A DNA stretch of 63,280 nucleotides, filler included, from Choristocarpus tenellus KU-1152 (GCA_964200185.2; 7 parts of 7 records of this genome joined end to end with filler, not necessarily neighbours in it); one strand, 5' to 3'. Positions 39,988-53,005 are shown, counted from the first letter of the whole stretch. Notes: generated from the letters alone by a model not told the origin. Program-made: numbers and translations.

Positions 39988-40313
39988 TTTACTATTTACT
40001 ATTTGCTATTACCAGTTACTACTACATATATAATATCATAAATATTGGGATGGCGATCACTGAGTAGCTTACCCACATTATACCAGGTATCGGAGCTGCT
40101 TCACCTTGTGTGCTCAGCAAATTTGTCTGCTTTTGGAAGGCGTACTCTAGAACGACGGCGGGCAGAGTCCCAAGAGATACAGGCTAAAAAAGAGAGGGAG
40201 ATGGAGGCTTTGAGGAGAGCAGATGAGGAGGCAGTGAAGCATGGAGCTAGAATAGACCTGACCCTGAGAGAGCTCAATGTTCGAGAGAGTAAGCAGTGGT
40301 CAGAGAAGCTAAG
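35540..40313 (+). CDS. Partial gene of unknown function with a C-terminal coiled coil. Exons: 35540-35779, 37348-37553, 38216-38651, 40087-40313; continues past the gap
   Basis: Four open exons joined by phase-compatible GT-AG introns (phases 0, 2, 0). E/R/K-rich helical segments. CpG-rich sequence precedes the ATG. No family recognised. Confidence 0.5.
35819..36077. mobile_element. MITE family A (A2 subtype), intronic
   Basis: GCCCAAAAGCATTTCAGAGGG...CCCTCTTGAATGCTTTCACCC, flanks CGTT/CGTG. Confidence 0.8.
36248..36429. mobile_element. MITE family B, intronic, reverse orientation
   Basis: GGCTCGTAGTATCTGGGG...CAGATACTTCGGGTC, flanks GTCT/ATCT. Confidence 0.85.
36605..36871. mobile_element. 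MITE family C, intronic
   Basis: GAGTCAGTATAAACAAGAGATACCCAG...CTGGGTACCTCTTGTTTACTTTGAATC, flanks AGT/AGT(G). Confidence 0.8.
38758..38854. repeat. 40-bp tandem repeat x2.4
   Basis: TCAGTCTCACATGGAATCYTTACTTACTCTACTATTGAAR units. Confidence 0.9.
39890..40025. repeat. Degenerate (TAC/TAT)n microsatellite
   Basis: Direct reading; source of the poly-Y and poly-L ORFs. Confidence 0.9.
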
Positions 40314-40518
40314 GTGGGGTCAATACCAGGGATTTGTGCGAATTGGGCAAGTGATGAACAAACAACGATGACATATATTGATGAAAAAAAAAAGGGATTA
40401 TCTCCAACAACATACGATGGAGTCGTATTGAACAGGATGGTGCTGGGGTGGGTTTAGCTGTTGTAGGGGGGTATCGAAGACAAGATTGGGGGGGGCAGGG
40501 GAGGTTGCGAGGGTGTGT

Positions 40519-40571
40519 GAGTCAGAGCACCTTAGAGGGTAGAGTCACGTTCGTTCGGGGGCCACAAGCCA
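40519..40571. mobile_element. MITE family A end, truncated at the gap
   Basis: GAGTCAGAGCACCTTAGAGGGTAGAGTC. Confidence 0.7.
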
Positions 40572-40671
40572 NNNNNNNNNNNNNNNNNNNNNNNNNNNNN
40601 NNNNNNNNNNNNNNNTTAATTAATTAANNNNNNNNNNNNNNNNNNNNNNNNNNNNNNNNNNNNNNNNNNNN
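40572..40671. other. Artificial gap linker
   Basis: 44N-TTAATTAATTAA-44N. Confidence 0.97.
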
Positions 40672-41303
40672 GGAACACAAGGTAACAGTGGAACGCACTT
40701 GATGCAAGTTCCGAAGTAACTGGGATGACGTGTGCTATGATATTCCTGTGTGTGATGTGGATCAACTGAATATCAACTGATTGATGCTATGCTTCTATCT
40801 ACTGTTATCGATGCGATGATGAGTTGGAATGTGCAATAAATAAATGAACACTAACAACCAGTGCAGTGCACCAATCAACAGTCAGTACAAGCTGGTAGAT
40901 TTGTATCTTATCAACAAGAAACAAATGAGTAGCCTATGTTTTAACATGGCATACCACCCTGCTCATTTCGCGTGTGTTTATTTTACAGGAGAGTTAAACC
41001 ATTTGAGTGGTAGAAAGGTTCGGCCCTGTTGTACTGTAAGCCATCTTTCTTTAGCCTGTGCATACACCCTATTTCAATGTTCCATGTTCACAATAATGTA
41101 CGTAAAATTGCTAATTCCCTTTCCTCACACAAAGTGACACCACAGTTCAGCAAAGGGTCTACCCTATACTTGTACAAAATGACATCCTTTTGCACTTTCT
41201 CAAAATCCTTCAAATGTAACCCTGCCTACCTCTCCACTGATTGGATGTAGGAGTAGAGAGAATCATTATTTCTGAGTCGAAGATTGTATACTGCAGTAGT
41301 AGT

Positions 41304-41740
41304 AGTGGTACCAATAGCTTATGCCTCTAGGGTTGTCACGTCATAACTTTTGACGTAGACATCAAATTAAAACAATAATTGCGTATTCGTGATGCCCGTC
41401 ACAAGGCCCTCCAGATTAGGGGCTTCGGGTTTTCCCTCGATTCTCTTTTTTCAAATAAAGATCTCTCCTATCTGGGTTTGGACCCCGGATTTTAGGTCAC
41501 CAAGAGTGGGAACAGATGTACTATTACTTGATTAAAGTATGTATGGTTAGACCTAACCCTAAACTCCACCCTAGGAGTGCATGCAACATGCTTTGTTTGG
41601 GTTATGTTTCTTTCCCTTCCCCCCGTCCTTCGTCATTCCGGGTTCTAACAACCCCCTTTCCCACAAAATTTCTCGAATGAATGCAGGTGGGGAGAAAGTC
41701 TTAATCAACTTTATACGTCCAACCCTGAGTCCAGGAACAA
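41304..41740 (-). mobile_element. Deleted Tc1/IS630-like element, copy 1 (may extend to ~42650)
   Basis: Two blocks homologous to 62321-62561 and 62972-63040 enclose EILWERGLLEPGMTKDG, a KGxxxxLxERGL-type transposase motif. Confidence 0.55.
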
Positions 41741-43550
41741 AAGTGAATGTACGGCATCTTGCAAGAAGTGGGGGACACCAAATCACCAGTGTGCAAACAG
41801 TCTCAATCTGGCCTACTCTTCTTCCCTGGCGTTCTCATCGATGGCTATATCCACCTGCTTCGTGACCTCTTTGAAGTAAAGGATTTGGTGGTAGTGAAAA
41901 GTTTCCACAGCTGCCTTTGTTACAATCGCTTTCTCCACTGCCTTGCGAGCCCTTTCGACCTTTCGGGCTTTAGAGCCCTTGTAACCCAGCACTGACACCT
42001 TCTTTCTCGTTTCCTTAAGCCACTCCAGCTTGCATAGCTCCCAAACAGTCAGGGCCTGCTGCAACTGTCGACTACTAAGATATTCTACACCCGGGTTTTG
42101 CCTAGGCATTTCCTGAGCGCAATGGCACGCAGTCGCACTGCTCTCCTCCCCAATCTTCCCTTTAGCTGGCTACCCTGGTTCTCATTTCGCCTGCTGTGAC
42201 CAGGCTTTCCCACAGACTTGTCCCTGTACCACCTGTTGAGGGACTTGCTGCTCTCTTCCTACTTTCCCAAGGCGGCAGAGACTGTGGAGCAGTGCTCTGC
42301 AGTGGTTGAAGATCCACCAATATTTGTGCGGTAATGCTTTCCATGCATCTTCTCACAGCATCAGTGTTGCAGCCACGCGATCCATTGCACAATTCGATCA
42401 TGCTGTTGCGCCACAGTACATGCACTTTCTCGTCACCTAACATCGCATTTGAGTGTCACATGGTTCTCGTTTTTCTGTCGCCTCTTGACAGAGAAGGTGT
42501 TGAGGGTAGATCCAGGGGGCAGAGTGGCCTCGGTGGCTCTTCTTGTCTCACTGCCGTGGTCCATGTTGCTGTGTGGGTCAGCCGTATGTGTGCTCACAGC
42601 CTGTCTGCAAATGGCGCTAAAAAAGATGTCCGCAATTTCTGCTTCTTTTTTTTTGGTATTGCCACACGATCTGTATGTATTTGGGCAGTGACCTAACTTG
42701 ATTCAGGTTATGGGGGGAATTACCCAACCATTTCATTTTTGTACCTTTTGAGGTTGTGACCATCAAAATTGCGCGGGAGGTGTTCCCCCATGTTTTTGCT
42801 ATTATTTGATTGGGGCATAGCTCCCGATTCACCTAAGTTTATACATTCGTACATACAAATCTTCAAAAGCTCTTGTCATCAACGTTCGTTCATTTGATGT
42901 ATGGTAGTATATTTCTTGTAGCAACACACTGAAAAAAAGCAAGATTGGTCGACAGGGGTTAGGTACGGTATGACTTGACATAGAAACATTATCATACCTT
43001 TTATGGGTCTTTTCCTAGTTTTGTTTTTTACCTCATAATTGAAAATTCGTCGATCTTGTTCGGAATAGCGAAAACAAGACACCCGTCTACAATCTTTGAT
43101 CTACATATACTCTGGTCAACTTGATTGGTTTGGGGAGTTGGAAGTGGTGATCGACTTTTCCGTGGGAATTGGTCTCTCATTTGTACGTTGAGAGCAACCA
43201 GAAACTCGTTATTTGCGATGATCTTGTCGACGTGGAGGCCTGCCCCTCAGTGACGATGGTATTACCCTTCTAGCCGTTCCTAGTAGCAGCCTTTCCTCGT
43301 CGGTCACTCTTCCTTGTAACGTTGATAAGCCTAAGAAATATAATGTCTTCATAATGGATCAGAAACCCTAGGTCGGAGAGGTTCCAGGGAAATTACTTCC
43401 TATCCCAAACCACTGCACAATATCAATTGGTGAGGTTAGTCAAGAATCAGGAGTGTTCGCGCTGAAGGCTAGAGATCTTGGTGAAGAAAGAGACCTGCAT
43501 AGTACATAGACGTGCATCGACTTTGCCGCAAGGCTTGATGCAGTTGGCTG

Positions 43551-46500
43551 ATGCAGGTATACGGTAGGTCACGACACTTGCTTCGCTTCACGCACTCGAA
43601 CAAAAGGGCAACATTGGATAGTGTAGGCTTGGGAGAATTGGCAGAAGAAAGTACATACAAGTCCACATCCTGCAGTCTTCAAGGCAGCAGTAAAGTGGAC
43701 ACAGTCGTGAATGAACCCGCTACTGATCCTGGAGGCTCAGATCTAACCACTCCTGTTCCCTTAAGGAGGAGTGAAAAACCGGAGTGTGCACGAGTAAAGA
43801 AAAGTGGGCTTACCGAATCAACCAGCTCAAGGTTCGATTCGGGATTGAGGTCAGGACTAGGGTCGAACAGCATGAGTGGTCCATTCAGATCTCAGTTTCG
43901 TATGCGAATGGATCTGGGTGCAGACTCGGATACATCAGATGATGAGGAAACGATAAGTGACTTCCCGAAGAGGTCAAACAATAGGAGTGGGATGGTGGAG
44001 GCGGCATCTTGCGGAGGAGCAAAATGGCGGCAAGAGGAACAAGCGACAATATATGGGGGAGCACTGACACAAGGCGGAGGAGGCAACGACGGTCCACACG
44101 GTTACAGCCCAACCCAAGGGCAAACCTGGGCGAAGAAGCCACTTGGCATATCAACAACTGGTGTTCGAGAGAACCAGCGTGCAGGGGAGTGTGCATTGTT
44201 TTGCAACAATGAGGGGAAAAAATCCGGCGATCCCAGGAGGGAGGATAAACATTGCGTCGCAAACTCTATCAGCGAGGACTATGTGATACAACATGACATT
44301 AATCTTAGTCGTTCTTCACCTGTGCTGAGAACAGCAGTCCCAGATCGCCCAGTTCACCTTCAAGGTGATCCATGAAATAGTAGAATTGGATGAAGTTTGC
44401 AGTCAGTCACTGTTACTCCTCTGTAGTACTATATCAACATCCTACTTTAAAAGAGATATCCAGACGATACTTTACATTTCCAAGGGCTCTGCACAGGTAT
44501 TTCCTCCACCATAGTTGCACACAATATATATATATATCTCCTCAAACACCTCTGTTCTGGATACGATGGCCAATTCAGCCCTTGATTACCAATGTTTCCG
44601 ATGAAGTAATCCATTCCCTATATCCGCCTCCAAAGACCCTGTGCCTAACCCCTTTCCCTTGTTCTCTACAAGTTTTCATGCTTCTCTAACCATCAATGAT
44701 TCCCCTGAGCGTAGCCCACATCAATCTCAACCTAGCAACTGCCACTATCGCCAACATTCCCGCATTCTTAATCCTGCCCTAACTTATCAACCCCATCCCA
44801 TCTTTGGAGCGTAGGTCAAGCACATGGCTCAGTAGTTTCTCCCACCACTGGTCCTCACTACTCGCCCTCAACTCCTAATCTGTCAAGGAGTGGAGGAGAC
44901 AATAGTATAGCAGTCAGGAGAGGGGGTGACTCTTTTATGTCTGTACGGTACAGAAGTCGAAACTCCCAAAAAATCAAGAAAGGACACACTACCACCCTAC
45001 TCTCAAAGGGAGGGGGAGTGAAGGATACTGAAGCACAGGAAAAATTGGAAGGCCAGGTATGGATACAAAGAGGAATGGGAAGAGCAGAAGGGGTCATGGC
45101 AGGCGCCGCAGCTGTGGAGCGAAGCAATCAAGATGTTTGGGAGAGAGGTCGAAGACAACGATCATGGAAGACCAGAGAAGATAGCTTCAGGGACTCACCT
45201 CCCCTTCTGAGAGTTCATGATGCATATCCTCTGGAGCTAAGAAGGTGAGCAAATCCTGTGATGGTGAGCACATTGGTGTTGGGTACTTGGTTATGCCATA
45301 TTTTTTTAATCAAGTATTGAAACTGCCCACAGTACAGTCAACCCCCTCATCAGTTTCATGGTTTGTTTTTCCTTGTGCTCACACTTTAACCTTGTCAAAC
45401 TGCCGTTGTCCCCTCGATCGCAGTATCTGGCCATTTGATACTTTCAATGCCATTCAGAGCGCTCTGCAACCATCCGTGGCCAAGAGTAACCACAACATTG
45501 TGGTCTCTGCTCCCACTGGCTGTGGAAAGGTCTGACATGAGATCTGTCGTTTTTCCGAGTGTACAAACCTGTTAGATCGTTCCTATGGTGGTGTTGACAT
45601 TGACGGTAGCACTACTCAAGGGAGAGTGGATCATTTGTTCTTGCTCATAGATGTAGATCCTGGGATGTTTGACAGTGCATCCACCATGGAGAATCAAGAG
45701 ATGCAGAATCATGAGATGTAATGTAGGGACACATTCTGCTTCCACTTGAGTGAAAGTATCTTAGAGGGTATGAGTTTTGTCTGTTTGTCCATTTGGGGCT
45801 TGGCTTCCTATTTTTTTTTTATGACATTTTTCCTACCCCGAAACATTTCAGAGTAGGTTATATATATACATCATTAAAAGGTGTGTCTGGAACAAGGATA
45901 CTGACACTTCCTAACAAACACAATAGCCAAAATTACATCAAAATCGCAACATTGGATTTTGGCCCCCATATGGACGCGGCTCTACCCTCTAAGATAATTT
46001 GACTCCTTTTGGAGGCATAAGGTAAGATTTATTGTTACTCAAGGTGTTTCTGGATATTTTGCACCTACATTTAATGTTGATCGACTAGTTTAACTTTCAA
46101 ACCCAGGAGGCCCCAGTTTAACTGGATGCAACCAACTATGATATCTTTTCACTTTCTGAAAAATGTCTTGTTCAATTCTTTAGCCATGGAAGCATGGTGC
46201 ACCAAATATCGTTATTCCTGCTCTTTTGCTGTACACACCTTTTTCAGACAGCTGTACTTGAGATGGCAGTGGTAAGGCTGCTGTTGCAGTCAGGAATGAG
46301 CCTCAGGAACCAGAAGATCATATACATCGCACCAATAAAGGTGAACCATGTGTATCCTATGGTTATTGAGGAAATGGACCGGATTGTTCACCTAGACGAT
46401 AAACACTATCATTAAGTCCTACAAAATCCTAGGTGTGAATAATTCACTTTGTGATCTAAGTTTAAAACGAACCAATCTTGAACAAATGTATACTCCAGCG

Positions 46501-47665
46501 CATGCAGTGGAGCTCTACTTGAGCTCTATTCAACTTGTTGCAAGCTATACATATCTCCATTAAGTCTGTGTGAGTACTACAACAGGTATTTCAAAAGTGT
46601 ATTTTTCTTTAGGATATCAACATGTTTGCTTTGCTGCTTGATGGGGAGTTGTGCACTAACCCCCACCAACACCCACATGCCCATGATCAGGCCTTGTGCC
46701 AACAGACTCTTGATGATTGGACAGCAAAGTTTTCTCCATTAGGTGTTCGACTTGCTGAACTGACAAGTGATGTTAGTACCAGCTCCAGGGTGAGCGGAAG
46801 TTCTTCCTTGCGTGACCTGGCATCAGCAGATGTAATCCTTACCACCCCTGAGAAGTGGGACAGCGTCACCAGAAGGTGGAAGGAGCACTGCTTCTTGGTA
46901 AGGCAAAGGAAAATTGCGGGTGCATGCACATGCACTTGAATGTGGAGGGTTTGTGTGGGAAATAGAGACAGGAACGTGCACTGAGCGAAGTCAGAATAAA
47001 TTGTCTATTTTGTTGATATCATTCTATAGGTGAGCACCGAAGAAAGGAGCATGGTAGTCAGGCACAGGGGAGGGGGGTTGAATATGGATGCAGCAGTACG
47101 TTTCTAGAATCATCATTAACAGCAAGTTGGGTGCATAAGTCCTCCATGATGTTGTTTCCCATCAAGATCACCTTATTCCTATAGCTTCATATCTTTGTTC
47201 AGCTTGCTCAGTAAATTTTGCTACGAGAAGATGACAGTTTTGCAAAAATCTTCAGAGTCTCCCCCTTCTAGCCCATGATTCATCTTGCCATCTATCATTA
47301 GATCCATTTCACTGTACTCTCTGTCAACCTCATGTACCATATGATTTCAATAACTTTTTGCGCAACACCCTTCCCATAGCACTCAGTTGCATCTTACTTT
47401 CTGATGTGATCCCTGGCCTATTGTTCAGGTCAACATTCAGGTACTTGAAAAACATTTTTGCAATACCCCTTCCCCAAGTACAACCCAACCTGAATGCCTC
47501 AACTTTACACCTACTTCATATATCATTCTCCTTCATGGTGATACATCCCAGGTGGGTACTGTGGCTCTGGTCCTTGTAGATGAGGTCCACACTATTGGGG
47601 AAGAGAGGGGGGCTACTCTCGAGGTCATCCTTACAAGGATGAAAGCAGTTTCACGGTCCAAAGAG
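43551..47665 (+). CDS. MER3: MER3/HFM1 meiotic Ski2-like DExH helicase, 5' part. Exons: 43551-44364, 44815-45244, 45424-45529, 46248-46340, 46691-46897, 47552-47665
   Basis: Phase-compatible GT-AG exons encode FNAIQS (Q motif), NIVVSAPTGCGK/T (Walker A), IYIAPIK/ALC..DWTAKF, LTTPEKWDSVTRRW and LVDEVH..ERGATLEVILTRMK. The two N-terminal exons are less certain. Confidence 0.85.
45748..46005. mobile_element. MITE family A in a MER3 intron
   Basis: GAGTGAAAGTATCTTAGAGGGTA...TACCCTCTAAGATAATTTGACTC, flanks CTT/CTT. Confidence 0.9.
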
Positions 47666-47870
47666 GTGCACAGTCCCTTGGTCTTTTATGCACACTCTGG
47701 CATGATACTGAGGGTTAGAAAGTCTCAATATGTTTACTATGTGGTACAGTATGAAACAAATATTGAGTACCTATAAGTATGTTTTACTTGTAGAGTTCAC
47801 CGGCACAACTTACCATGCTCTATAAACTTATCCAAGAGATAAAAAATAGTAGGTATTCAGATTATTATAT

Positions 47871-48139
47871 GATCCAAAGCATTTAAGAGGGTAGGGGGTT
47901 TGCCCTGTTTGTCCTTTCTGGGCTTGGTTTCCCACGGGTTTTTTATACCCCTTTTTGGTTTTCTGTGTGAGCATTTTGGATTTCAGAGTTGGTAAAATGT
48001 ATAGGGCTATGAAAGGTGTGTCCGGAGCAAGGATATTGACACTTACTAACAAACATGATAGCCAAAATGAATAAAATTGCAACATTGGACTTATGACCCT
48101 GAACGGACGAAGACCCTGCCCTCTTAAATGTTTTGGCTC
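47871..48139. mobile_element. MITE family A (A2 subtype)
   Basis: GATCCAAAGCATTTAAGAGGG...CCCTCTTAAATGTTTTGGCTC, flanks TAT/TAT(G). Confidence 0.85.
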
Positions 48140-50175
48140 TATGAAACATATATTGTGGGTATGTGGGTATGTTGTACCCTAGAACACATACACTACCTCA
48201 TCAGCACAACTTGTTACACTCTCAAAAATTTATTCTAGAGAATACAGCAATGTAAGGAGTAGTAGCCACTCAGACGTATTTTGCACTCCAGAATAAAATA
48301 TATATTTACCAGCACAACTTGTCATGAAATCAAAATTACTAATCAAAGCAAAGGTAATGCAACACGACTGCACAAATATTTTTTCTGTCCAACTTCGCAT
48401 GTTGTTCCGTCCACTGAAAAAAAGTATCCTTCAAAGTAATTCACGAGGGGGAACCCAGTCTAGGGTCACAGTTTCGGGCATTGATTCGATGCTTCTAAGT
48501 ATCATGGGGGTTCTGCAGTCAAGACAAAAAGACTTAGAAATACAAGCACACTGTACAACCAATGTAGAATCTACCATTCTGTTAATACATTGTATTACTC
48601 AGAAAATGCTTTGAGGTTAAGTAATACCCCTTCAACAACAGGACTCTTTTTAGTGGGTGCTAATGCAGATCCTTGCCTTTATTTTCAATTGTGGTGGAAC
48701 ATTGTTGATGATTTGGTATGTTTTCCTGAGCAGATCCTTGCTTGGGGCCAGTGCAGGTTTCTGTTCTCTGGGTTTAGACAGATGGGGGTGCGATCATGTT
48801 CTGTCAGTAGGGATATCTAATTTCCGAACTGCTAAAGTGATGAGAGTGGCTTGAAGAGAAAGAGCCAGAGTATCATGGAGGGAGGTGCTGCTATTGTTGA
48901 GGTGTCTTTGCAACAGTTTTCTGATGTGCTTTTCTTCTTCGCTACATTATCCAAATCAAAGATAGAACATCCTTCCACAAGAACTTTTCATTTACATCCA
49001 CAGACTCCATATTGGGGTTACCTGAATTTGGGCCATGATAATGGGGTGTTTCAAGCATGACGGTTATACGTCCTTAACAATGAAATGGCCAAAATCCAAC
49101 CCACTCTGGCATACTTTGGTTCTAGGGGCCATGCGCATCCGCGAATTTTTAATGAATAACGTAGGGGTTCACCTTGTAGGAAGGACAAAAGAAATGCAAG
49201 AGGAATACTAATACTAACACTACGTAGTATTACATATTTCCCTTAGAAGGTACAACACATATATTCTGAAGATGTTGTGACATGTAACTGCATGATTATT
49301 GTCTTTTTTATTGTCATCATCAATGTTCTCTGCTCACTGCTACACTTGTAGGGTCAGCATTTTACTATCAATGGGTGACTCCTGGCAAAAACTCTCTCAT
49401 GCAAAATAGTCTCAATACCACAAATGGCAACCTTGCCTTCATCCCATGAAATAGATTACTGCATTTTGGCAATCGTATTTAAATGAACTGCTTGGGTAGT
49501 AAGTGAAGAGTGCGATTTAGCATGCCCATGCCACTGAAACAAATTCTTGGCAAGTGTGCTCAGACATTTACCTCCCTCTCCAACTGACATAGTTGGTACT
49601 CAAATGAGTGGTGGGTATTTATTCTCATAGTAGGCAAGAGTGTCTTGAAGTGTGTATATGTGCACACACTGTTGTTGAAGGGTGTGCCGTTTCTTCCTAG
49701 GTACTATCCTATTTCAGTTATTATGTTGGTGTGCTACATTCTGTACCATATAGATTTTTGCGCTCCATTGAAAGTAATATTTTCTCGGCCCTAGGACATC
49801 TTCTGACAGAGCAATATGCTAATGAAGAGGCAAGGAATTTGTCCATGTGAACTATGAGTTGATGCACTCTTCTGTTATTATCCTTTGTTCCTCGAAATCT
49901 TTTGCTTCTATTAATGTGAGAGGAGTTAAGTCCAACATAGCACAGGATGATAAATAAGTAGAAGTACATTTTGTAAGTTTCAGAATACAAAAACATTATA
50001 TGCACTAGACTCTGCCTTGATGTTTTTTCATCATAAATCCTTTAATTGAAACTTCTAGTCTTGAATATCTCAATTGAGCAAGCATTTCAACATTGTATCG
50101 GATACACTCCACTTTAGGAAGGATTGGGTGATGTGCACAACAGGGTTGACTCGTGACGAAAATATTGTAGAGATG

Positions 50176-50252
50176 GAGTGAAAGTATCTTAGAGGGTACG
50201 AGTTTTGCCCTGTTTGTCCATTTGGGGCTTGACTTCCCATCGCGTATTTTTA
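50176..50252. mobile_element. MITE family A, truncated at the gap
   Basis: GAGTGAAAGTATCTTAGAGGGTACGAGTTTTGCCCTG. Confidence 0.85.
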
Positions 50253-50352
50253 NNNNNNNNNNNNNNNNNNNNNNNNNNNNNNNNNNNNNNNNNNNNTTAA
50301 TTAATTAANNNNNNNNNNNNNNNNNNNNNNNNNNNNNNNNNNNNNNNNNNNN
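50253..50352. other. Artificial gap linker
   Basis: 44N-TTAATTAATTAA-44N. Confidence 0.97.
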
Positions 50353-50509
50353 GGGGGGGTCTATACTAGGGTGTCCATTTGGGCCATGACCAGGAGAAGT
50401 GCACCTACATTATCCATCTGATGCATGGAACCTAATCACCCAAACATCGCGACATTGAAAAATGGTCCCCGAATGGATAGCCGCCACCCCTCTCCAAGAT
50501 ATTTGACCC
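50353..50509. mobile_element. MITE family B, left end lost in the gap
   Basis: GGGGTCTATACTAGGGTGTCCATTTGGG...CCAAGATATTTGACCC. Confidence 0.8.
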
Positions 50510-50549
50510 TGAATCATAATCTAATACAGGAATTGCTCCGTTTGTGTGT

Positions 50550-50821
50550 GAGTGAAAGTGTCTTAGAGGGTACGAGTTTTGTAATGTTTGTCTGTTTGGG
50601 GTTTGACTTCCCACAGGTTTTTATGACATTTTTTTTACTCTAAAATATTTCGGAAGTAGGTGAAATGTATACGTTATTGGAGGAAGTATCATGTGTATGT
50701 CCGAAATAAGGATATTGACACCTCCTAACAAAAGCCATAACCAAAATAACTTCAAAATCGCAACATTGGATTTTGGCCCCCAAACGGACTCGACTTTACC
50801 CTTTCAGATACTTTGAGACTC
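50550..50821. mobile_element. MITE family A
   Basis: GAGTGAAAGTGTCTTAGAGGGTAC...ACCCTTTCAGATACTTTGAGACTC; no clear TSD. Confidence 0.85.
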
Positions 50822-51585
50822 TTTACTGAAAATGTGTTGAGGATTAAAAACTACTAGGGCCAAGGGGATCCCTTGTAGGGGATGTGCTTCCGAACCTCAT
50901 GTGCAGCAAAAATGATGCCATTCTTGGTAGATGAGTTTTTCTATGGCTATCTGCTTGGACCTCTGTGAAGGGCGTATCCACGAATATATCTTTTCCTTGT
51001 AGGAAGGTGTGGGTGCGTTGGACAGTGCCCTAGCGTGGAAAGAGATGTCCACTGCTTGTGGGATGATCTCATGAAAGATTCCATATCTCAATTATTCGTA
51101 AGACCTTCCAATGGAGTTGGGTGTTCCTGACAAGGAAACCTCAATCAGTGTAACAGTATATGGCATGCAGCAATAACGACAAAATAACAAACCTACTTTC
51201 CACATACAAAGTGTTCTAATAATAATAGAGATGCTGTGAGATGTTGTCGTTTCCAACAAATATTTTATCACGGTCATGATGACAGCGACAACAGGTAAGT
51301 GCGGAGTAGTAGTAGTAGTGGTAGTGGTGGTGGTAGTAGTAGTAGGAGTAGTATTGTCGTAGGTGTGACCACGAAAATTTCATACAATATTTCAAGATTA
51401 TTATTTCTTGCGTTATGATGGGGTATCTCACAATGATAGCACAGGACACCATCAGTGGGTAAGTAACAAACTAAGAGTAAAACGATGTAGGTCTAGCTAG
51501 TGGGGAACAAAGTAATACTTGTAGTAGTAGATGGGGAATTGAGCAGAGTTCGACGATGTGAAAGTAGTTTATACTTGCATCCGCA

Positions 51586-51832
51586 ATGAGGAAGTAAACG
51601 AGAGTTATTCGGGTTTTGCCCGTTATGCATTTTGAGAAAAAAAATATTATGTTGTAATTCATCCTTATTTCTTACAAACTGCAAAGATTGACTTCAGATT
51701 ATTGATCTCTCCATTGAAAATTTTCGACAGAATATGTTAAAGCCCCTCTAGTCATTTCAACAAAAAAGCCGAATTTTCCACATCCAGCACCCTTTAGATG
51801 CAACCCTGGGTACCTCTCGTTCAATTTGGTTC
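51586..51832. mobile_element. MITE family C (diverged)
   Basis: AAGTAAACGAGAGTTATTCGGG...CTGGGTACCTCTCGTTCAATTTGGTTC. Confidence 0.65.
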
Positions 51833-51923
51833 AACTCAATAACAATCTATGACAGACAGCAACAACAATAGTTGAGTGAGAAGGATAATCACAACGATTG
51901 TAACCACAGTGCCAACGAGTGGT

Positions 51924-52179
51924 GAGCTGAAGTATCTTGGAGGGTAGGGCCTCTTCCATTTGGGGTTCAAAATCCAATGTTGCGATTTTGAAGTAATTTT
52001 GGCTATCGTGTTTGTTAGATGTCAATATCCTTGTTCCGGACACACCTTTTCATGACATAAACATTTTTCCTACTCTGAAACATTTTGAAGTAGGAAAATG
52101 TCATAAAAATACACCATGGGAAGTCATCCCCCAAATGGACAAACAGGGCAAAACTCGTACCCCCAAGATACTTTCACTC
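51924..52179. mobile_element. MITE family A, reverse orientation
   Basis: GAGCTGAAGTATCTTGGAGGGTA...TACCCCCAAGATACTTTCACTC, with a perfect TSD TGGT. Confidence 0.9.
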
Positions 52180-52779
52180 TGGTGGTGGTGGCATGTGGTC
52201 AACAAAACACAACAATAACGGCACCAATCGGTCTCAAACAACAATAGATACATTCTGAAAAAACCCCCCAACAGGATGCGTCAGGATACTGACCGCTCAG
52301 CCAAACTTCTTCAGTTTCATTGTTACCATTGTCGTATTCTCTTTCACTACGCCTACTATTTCAAAGAACGAACGGAGGTTATGATTACTGTCTGCAACGT
52401 TACAAACCATACCCTCTTCCAAGAAGAAACACCCCTGCAGTTTGAATGGTTGAAACCAAAATAAAGAACAGTATTACCAGTTAATAACACGTGGGAGGGG
52501 CTCATTGTTATTAAAAAATCGGCTATTCTCAGTTGTCCCTTTTAGGATGACCTTCTCTTGCCCACACACCAAAACCATCAACTGTACGTAGGTACTATCA
52601 CCACCACCATTCCTTCAGCTACCAACCTTACGTACAACATGCTACGCTTGTTCTGAATAATCCATTTTTTATAGCCACAATAATTTAGGAGAGATCAGCA
52701 GAGCACACGAGGTCCTTTCGTCATGAGTAAACAGCGGATCACCAAAATTGAGGATGGAGCATTTTATAGAGGATGAGCG

Positions 52780-53005
52780 AGACCCGGAATGGTACGCGGA
52801 AAGTGCCCATATGTTTTTTTTGGTAAATGTTGCGGCACTTTTGAAGGGCCCTGCTATGAATGGGATATACTTTTGGTCAAAAATATTTCGGTGCTTGTGG
52901 AGGGCACCGCACGATTTGGAAGCGACCTCAACCAAGCCAAAGGTTCAAGACAGACGGGCCCCTCGGGGGAGGAGCCGGTAACGGTTTGGCATGCTTATAT
53001 GTATG
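52780..53005 (+). pseudogene. Second DD39D mariner-like transposase fragment
   Basis: MFFLVNVAA...NGIYF..KI..LVEG..EPVTV resembles the KVMFLAAVARP..FDGKIG..PVTV region; cut by the gap. Confidence 0.4.

Noticed and set aside
39785-40041. Poly-Tyr and poly-Leu ORFs
   Set aside because: Translations of an intronic (TAC)n microsatellite.
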